Below are positions 58,534-64,000 of a DNA stretch of 64,000 nt, piece by piece. Source of the DNA: Somniosus microcephalus (taxonomy: Eukaryota); contig JBMRGM010000038.1 of assembly GCA_052327205.1 (NCBI GenBank), positions 35,650,001-35,714,000 of the forward strand, written 5' to 3'. Under the pieces are notes generated by a model. That model worked only from the letters and a program-made list of their open reading frames with translations. It had not been told where the DNA came from and searched no databases. Both the position numbers and the translations under genes were made by a program. How positions within the stretch are numbered: the stretch's first letter is position 1; every line of letters starts with the position of its first letter.

Positions 58534-60462
58534 ATGGCGACCGCGGCAGGACCTTGGCAGCAGGAAAGTAGTGTGTTAGATCAAGATCTGAATAAACGAA
58601 ATGTGATGGATGAAAGAATAGCAGATTATGTTTTCGGAAAAGTCAACCTCACAAAACAATGGATATCTGATCTACTAAGGGATAGGCGCCCGCTAGACGC
58701 AGCCATCAAGTGGACAGCGGGTAGAGAGCATAAGAAATCTGTAGAAAAGGCGGTCTGGCTGATGTGCTACAAGAAGCAAGTCCAGCTTTTGGACCAGGTA
58801 GTTGCAGCACAGACAGTCCAGATCAACGGCTTGCTTAAAGGCGTAGAGGAAAAGGTTGCGGGAGGTCAAAAACTGATTGAATCGCTTGACGTGCTGAACC
58901 AGGAACGCCGCTCTGTAATTCGCTGCCACGAAACCCGGGTAGAATATTTAAAATGTCAGGTCGTTGAGGCCAAGGCCAGTGAAGGTAGAATGAGAGAGAG
59001 GTGTTCCCGTCTAGCCAAACAAGTAGATGCCCAAGAGGAAAAGCTCCTGGGAGCCAGGGCAGCATATAAGATGGCCATGGAGGATAGATCTGAGAACACC
59101 GACCACAGCACTTGCCGCCGGGAGCTAGAGGACCTGAGAAAGGCCCTAGCGAAGGCAAACGGGTTGGTGTGTCTCATAAATCCACCAGCGAGTCAGCTGT
59201 TGCTAGCCAAGGAATCCAAAAGACCGATTCCACAAGAGGCAGTTGGGGTACCAACCCCCGAACCTTCTGCGCCTCCTGCCTATGAGGAGTCTTGGACTCC
59301 GGGACAGGAGACGGAGACGGTAGAGGAAGAGAGCCCTGAGGTAGAGCAACCCCAGACAGTAGAGTCGGGGTCGGCGCCAATGTGTCCAACGAGACACCGG
59401 AGGATCGGTCCAAATGAAGAAAATGGCGATGACGGACCCCTTGAGAGTCAGATCATAATGCCTCATAGCGCACGACAGCTAAGAGAGATGATAAGTCACA
59501 TCCCAAAACTCTCCGAGTCAGGAGATCCCTCCGTGCATTTCAGGGACGTGGAGCAGACCGCAGCAGTCAATGACTGCGACGGGGTTGAACAGTCTAAAAT
59601 GCTGCTGTTCTCCCTGGACAGTTCGCTCCTCCAGTGTCTCCCTGACGAGAGCAAGAGAGGGCACAGGGACTATGAGTTGCTACGGGATGAGATTCTGGAG
59701 ATCATGGGAGAGGGGGACGGAACTCCGTTCCTCCGTTTAGAAAAGACAGTGCAGCTAGAGGGAGAACCCCCACGGGTTTTCGCCGACAGGTTGTGGCCAG
59801 TGTATCGGCGCAGCTGCCCGGGCGGGCCGGCCCGGGCCGGGCTGGATGGCGAACAAAGGGCTCACTGGCTTCGGTGCCTGGCAGCAGGTTGCCTGCCAGT
59901 AGTGAAGGAACAGGCCAAAGCATGGTTTGACCCCACTAACGCCCGCTCCACGGAGGAAGTAGTACTAGATCAGCTCACGATCAGTTATAGAAACAACAAG
60001 GGCAAGAAAACGCCTGTTGTGAAAGGAAAGGTGCATGAGGTGAGACCCGCAGCCTCTGCTAAAAAGGAATGGCGTCAGGAGGGAAATCGCCATCCCCAAG
60101 CAAATAGCATTTGTTACGGGTGTGGGAAGGAGGGTCATTGGCGCAAGGACTGTAGGAATCCTTGGAAGGATAAGAGGGAGAGAGCGTTCGCCGCAGCCCA
60201 AGATCAAGCCCAAGCCCGAGTCGCCAACGGCCCGAGAGTTTACCCAACACCAGCACAACCACAAGTGCAGGCCGCTGCCCCAACACCAGTCCAGAACCCA
60301 ACCGTAGCCTCTGCCCCGAATAAAGGGGGTGGTGCGGTTGTGGACCCCGCTGCGATCGAGTCAGTCTTGGAGACTATGCGGTCTCTGATGACCTGGCAGG
60401 GGAAGGTAGCGGTTGCTAACAGCCCTATCGCCCCCGAGACCCCAGCCGAAACACCTAAATGA
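58534..60462 (+). CDS. gag: Gag (642 aa), intact
   Basis: Closely similar to the copy 1 Gag; PSAPPAY, CCHC knuckle; TGA in frame with pol. Confidence 0.9.
   Translation: MATAAGPWQQESSVLDQDLNKRNVMDERIADYVFGKVNLTKQWISDLLRDRRPLDAAIKWTAGREHKKSVEKAVWLMCYKKQVQLLDQVVAAQTVQINGLLKGVEEKVAGGQKLIESLDVLNQERRSVIRCHETRVEYLKCQVVEAKASEGRMRERCSRLAKQVDAQEEKLLGARAAYKMAMEDRSENTDHSTCRRELEDLRKALAKANGLVCLINPPASQLLLAKESKRPIPQEAVGVPTPEPSAPPAYEESWTPGQETETVEEESPEVEQPQTVESGSAPMCPTRHRRIGPNEENGDDGPLESQIIMPHSARQLREMISHIPKLSESGDPSVHFRDVEQTAAVNDCDGVEQSKMLLFSLDSSLLQCLPDESKRGHRDYELLRDEILEIMGEGDGTPFLRLEKTVQLEGEPPRVFADRLWPVYRRSCPGGPARAGLDGEQRAHWLRCLAAGCLPVVKEQAKAWFDPTNARSTEEVVLDQLTISYRNNKGKKTPVVKGKVHEVRPAASAKKEWRQEGNRHPQANSICYGCGKEGHWRKDCRNPWKDKRERAFAAAQDQAQARVANGPRVYPTPAQPQVQAAAPTPVQNPTVASAPNKGGGAVVDPAAIESVLETMRSLMTWQGKVAVANSPIAPETPAETPK
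58535..58552 (+). other. Primer-binding site, tRNA-Arg(UCG), overlapping the gag ATG
   Basis: GAAA-TGGCGACCGCGGCAGGAC directly after the LTR CA. Confidence 0.8.
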
Positions 60463-63400
60463 CTGACGCCCGCGCAGCCCATCTACTTGTGTCCGCTCCG
60501 CTATGACGCTTGGAGAAGACCTGTGGTGGAGATGGAGGTGGAGAAACAAAGGGGTAGTTACCTGTTGGATACGGGAGCTTCGTGTACCGTGATCCACACA
60601 GACAAACCTTTTGCCTCACCTCTGTCCGCCCAGGCTCCATATTTAGTAGCGGGTTTCACAGGTAGAGCACAGGCTGGCGCGCACTCCCTCCCGCTCTCCA
60701 TTCAGTTGGGAGCGCTCCACACCACATGGACGTGCATCCTATTGAAGTGGAAAGAGGGGGGGGGAAAGGCATCCTCGGGGCTGATTTCTTGGTGGAACAC
60801 GGGATCCTCGTGGACCTGAGAAATCACTGTCTCTGGGGAGCCGAGGGCGGTTTAGGTAAGGTAGTCGTAATCCCGGGGAAGGAAGAAAAGGGGGCCCTGT
60901 GCACTATGAAGCCATCAGGAGGTTACGATCTCGAGCTCATGATAACAAACGTCCCAACGGACTTGCAGGCGCGTGTGTCAGAAAATCTGACCGCGTTCGC
61001 CACCCACAAGCACGACTGCGGGAGAGTCACTGGGTTCGAAGCCAGCGTAGACGGGGACCCCATGATCCGACCCCAAAAGCAGTATAATTTCCCCAAGGAG
61101 GCAGAACCCGACATGGAGACAGCAATATCTTCATTGGTACAGCAGGGCGTGTTGAGGATGATAGCCACCCACGTGAACTCCCCATTATGGCCGGTAAAGA
61201 AACCGGACAATTCGTGGAGAGCCACGGTGGACTATAGAGTCCTCAATAGTAATATCCCAGCCTGCGCGCCCACGGTAGCAGCAGTTGCAGACTTAATAGG
61301 GAGTATTCCAGCATCGGCGACCACATTCACGGTGCTGGACATCTCGAACGGTTTTTGGTCCATTCCGCTGCGGCGGGAGGACCAGTACAAGTTTGCCTTT
61401 ACTTTCAAAGGGCAACAGTACACCTGGAACTGCTTACCACAGGGTTTTCACAACAGCCCCAGCATTTTCCATCAGTGCATGGCGGGGAGTTTGAAAGAGT
61501 TCAGCCAGCCCAACCAGATAGTGCAGTATGTGGACGACTTACTCCTGTTCACAGATACAAGGGAGCAGCACGGCCCACTGTTAGCCGAATTGTTGGAACT
61601 GTTAGAAAGGAAGGGTTTCAAAGTAAACCCAAAGAAAGCCCAGATCGGCCAGCAGGAAGTTAAATTCCTGGGTCTGGCCATCCGCGCTGGGGAAAGAGCC
61701 ATAGATAAGGCCAGACGGGAATCTATACAAGATCTGCCGATTCCCAACACAGTAACGGGTGTAAGGTCCTTTTTGGGATTGACCGGGTACTGCAGAGATT
61801 TCATCGAGGACTATGCTGCCACAGCGGCCCCGCTACTTCGACTCTTACACAAGGGAGTCGAGTGGTCTTGGGACGAGGGGTGCCAGGCAGCATTCGAGAA
61901 GTTGAAAAGAGATCTGCAGACCGCGCCAGCCCTAGGGGCCATAGATGGGGGAGAGGAGTTCTTTCTGGAGGTAGCCGCTAGTGGGGACAGCCTGAGCGCA
62001 GTGCTGCTCCAAGAGCGGCACGGCAAGCTAAGACCAGTAGTTTATTCCTCCAGGGTGCTCACGGATGTGGAGAGGAGTTTCTCCAATTGCGAACGGCATC
62101 TCCTGGCCACGCATTGGGCTGTGAACAGATCAGTGATCTTCACAGGGACCTCTCCCATTACGCTCCTCACCCATCACACCCCCACGAAGATGCTTCTGGA
62201 CGGGAGGATTAAGGATGGGACCATAAGCAGCGCTCGGATTGCGCGCTGGACCCTCCTCCTTTCCCAGATGGATCTCAAAGTCAAAGGCCTCTGCGCGCCA
62301 AGGCTCGCAGCCAATATGGCATATCCCGGGACAGCCCATCAATGTTCCGTAGAAGGGGTATGGGAAGTTAACATAGGTTTACGGGCCGGGATACATCCCA
62401 CGGGCCGCGAGATCTACGTAGACGGTTCTAGCACTGTAGCTGACGGCAAGCGACTCACAGGGTGTGGAGTTTATGACCCTGCGGCAAACATTGCCCTGGC
62501 AATTAAGCTCCCCAGCACTATGAGCGCGCAGCAGGCTGAACTGTCCGCGGTGGCATACGTGGTTACCCACCCCGAGATTTTCCCAACCCCATACACGATT
62601 TGCTCAGACAGCATGTTCACGTGCAATTCGTGTACAGAGTACCTCGCCATCTGGTCCCGACGCGGGTACACCTCCGCGGACGGGCGGCCTTTAACAGTTA
62701 AGCCCTTGCTGGAGAAGATCCTAGCAGCTGTGGGGGAGAAAGGAGAGGTGTTCATCCATAAGGTGAAGGCTCACTCCATTACAGAACCCCGCAGTCAGGG
62801 CAACCAGCAGGCGGATGCGCTAGCCAGGGAGGGTGCCCGCAACGGCATTCTCTGGGACCCATACGAACCCGGACCCGTGGCGGCGATCCAAGGCAGGGAG
62901 GGAATTCCCGGGAACACAGGGGTGACACTGCCCCCAGACCTAAAGACCGTCCAAACCCTGGATCCCGCCCTAAAAGCAGTCCTAAAAGCCATCACAGAGG
63001 GCAAACAGGTAGAAGGTCCGTACAGTACGGCAGCCCTCACAGTCAAAGAAGGTATGCTGTTCCGAGAGGAGCAGTGGGTTGTGCCGCAGCAGCACCGAAG
63101 GGAATTCCTGCAATTGGCCCACGAGGGTCCAGGAGCGGGACACCCCGGACCTGAGGTCACCTGGCAACGGGTGGAGCAGGCGGGATGGTGGCCGGGACTT
63201 CGGGACGATGTCCGCGAGTTCTGCGCAAGCTGTCTTGTGTGTGCTGCTAACAACCCAGACCCCCACAAAAGGAAGGTGCCCATGGGGCACATCAGGAGGG
63301 TAGAGGGACCATGGCAGTCGATTCAGGTCGACTACATAGGGCCCCTGCCCGCCGCCCAGGGAGGCTATAAGTACTGCCTTGTCCTGGTAGATGTGTTCAC

Positions 63401-64000
63401 CAAATGGGTAGAAGCCTTCCCGTGCAGAACAGCTACGGCACTGGGTACTGCTAAGATCTTGATTCGGGAAGTGTTCTCACGGTGGGGACTCCCCCGTTTT
63501 GTAGAGTCCGACCAAGGGAGTCAGTTCACCGGTCAAGTAATGCAGAACGCCCTCAGGCTCTTGGGCATTGAGGGAAAGTGGCACGTAGCATACAATCCCC
63601 AGTCATCCGGGATTGTTGAGCGTATGAATCGGACCCTCAAGGAAAAGCTGAGGAAAGAGACAATGGGCTCGCCCCAGAAATGGGCGGAGGTCCTGCCTTT
63701 AGTCCTCATGGGGATCCGAGCCAGCCAGTCCAAAAGCACGGGGTATTCCCCGCACGAGTTAATGACTGGAAGGATCATGCGAACACCCACCCATGTGCTA
63801 GCCCCGGTGCTCACTGAGGGCCAGCTCCGAGAGGTGAAACGGGACAAATTCGCCCAAACCCTCTTGGAGCGCCTGAGACAGATTTATGGGCAGGCGGCTG
63901 GGAACATGGGAAGACAGCACCAGGGAAATAAACTGTTGTTGGAACCTCGGAAACAACAAGAGTGGGTAGTCGGGGACCAGGTCATGGTCCGAAACTACGC
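60463..64000 (+). CDS. pol: pol of ERV copy 2 (partial; single 1-nt deletion at ~60765 in a G9A3 run, otherwise open to the window end)
   Basis: LLDTGA in the gag frame; after 60768 the -1 frame carries RT, tether, RNase H and IN, with no stop indicated by the ORF track up to 64000. Confidence 0.85.

Larger units (their letters stand above)
57006..64000 (+). mobile_element. Lokiretrovirus-like ERV copy 2 (5' LTR, gag, pol; runs off the window)
   Basis: Same family as 7005-19369, opposite orientation, inserted in the 49-bp minisatellite. Confidence 0.9.

Overview
Eukaryotic vertebrate DNA, most likely a shark or other cartilaginous fish (SacSINE1/Deu-type SINEs, CR1 LINEs, 67-bp minisatellite). 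The backbone is a tandem array of ~13.1-kb units. Each unit carries a 9-exon egg-coat ZP3 gene (three intact copies: 2921-5784, 33565-36408, 46708-49557; 465 aa), and a 5'-truncated ZP3-paralog pseudogene lies upstream of two of them. The array is heavily invaded by retroelements. (1) A full-length lokiretrovirus-like endogenous retrovirus at 7005-19369 (minus): ~1.56-kb LTRs, tRNA-Arg PBS overlapping the gag ATG, gag-UGA-pol in one frame, and a paramyxovirus-F-like env preceded by a signal-peptide/Ig-domain ORF. (2) A second copy of that family from 57006 to the window end, plus a divergent LTR at 1-317. (3) A young CR1 with an intact ORF2 and a U_UUA_AAC slippery site at its ORF1/ORF2 junction. 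(4) A 3.7-kb non-autonomous Gypsy (Mag-like) element at 22351-26062 in which RT/RNase H/integrase are replaced, in frame with Gag-protease, by what look like fragments of three host genes (STK10/SLK, optineurin, DNAJC21). Protein-family assignments come from motifs and recalled sequences; no database searches were run.
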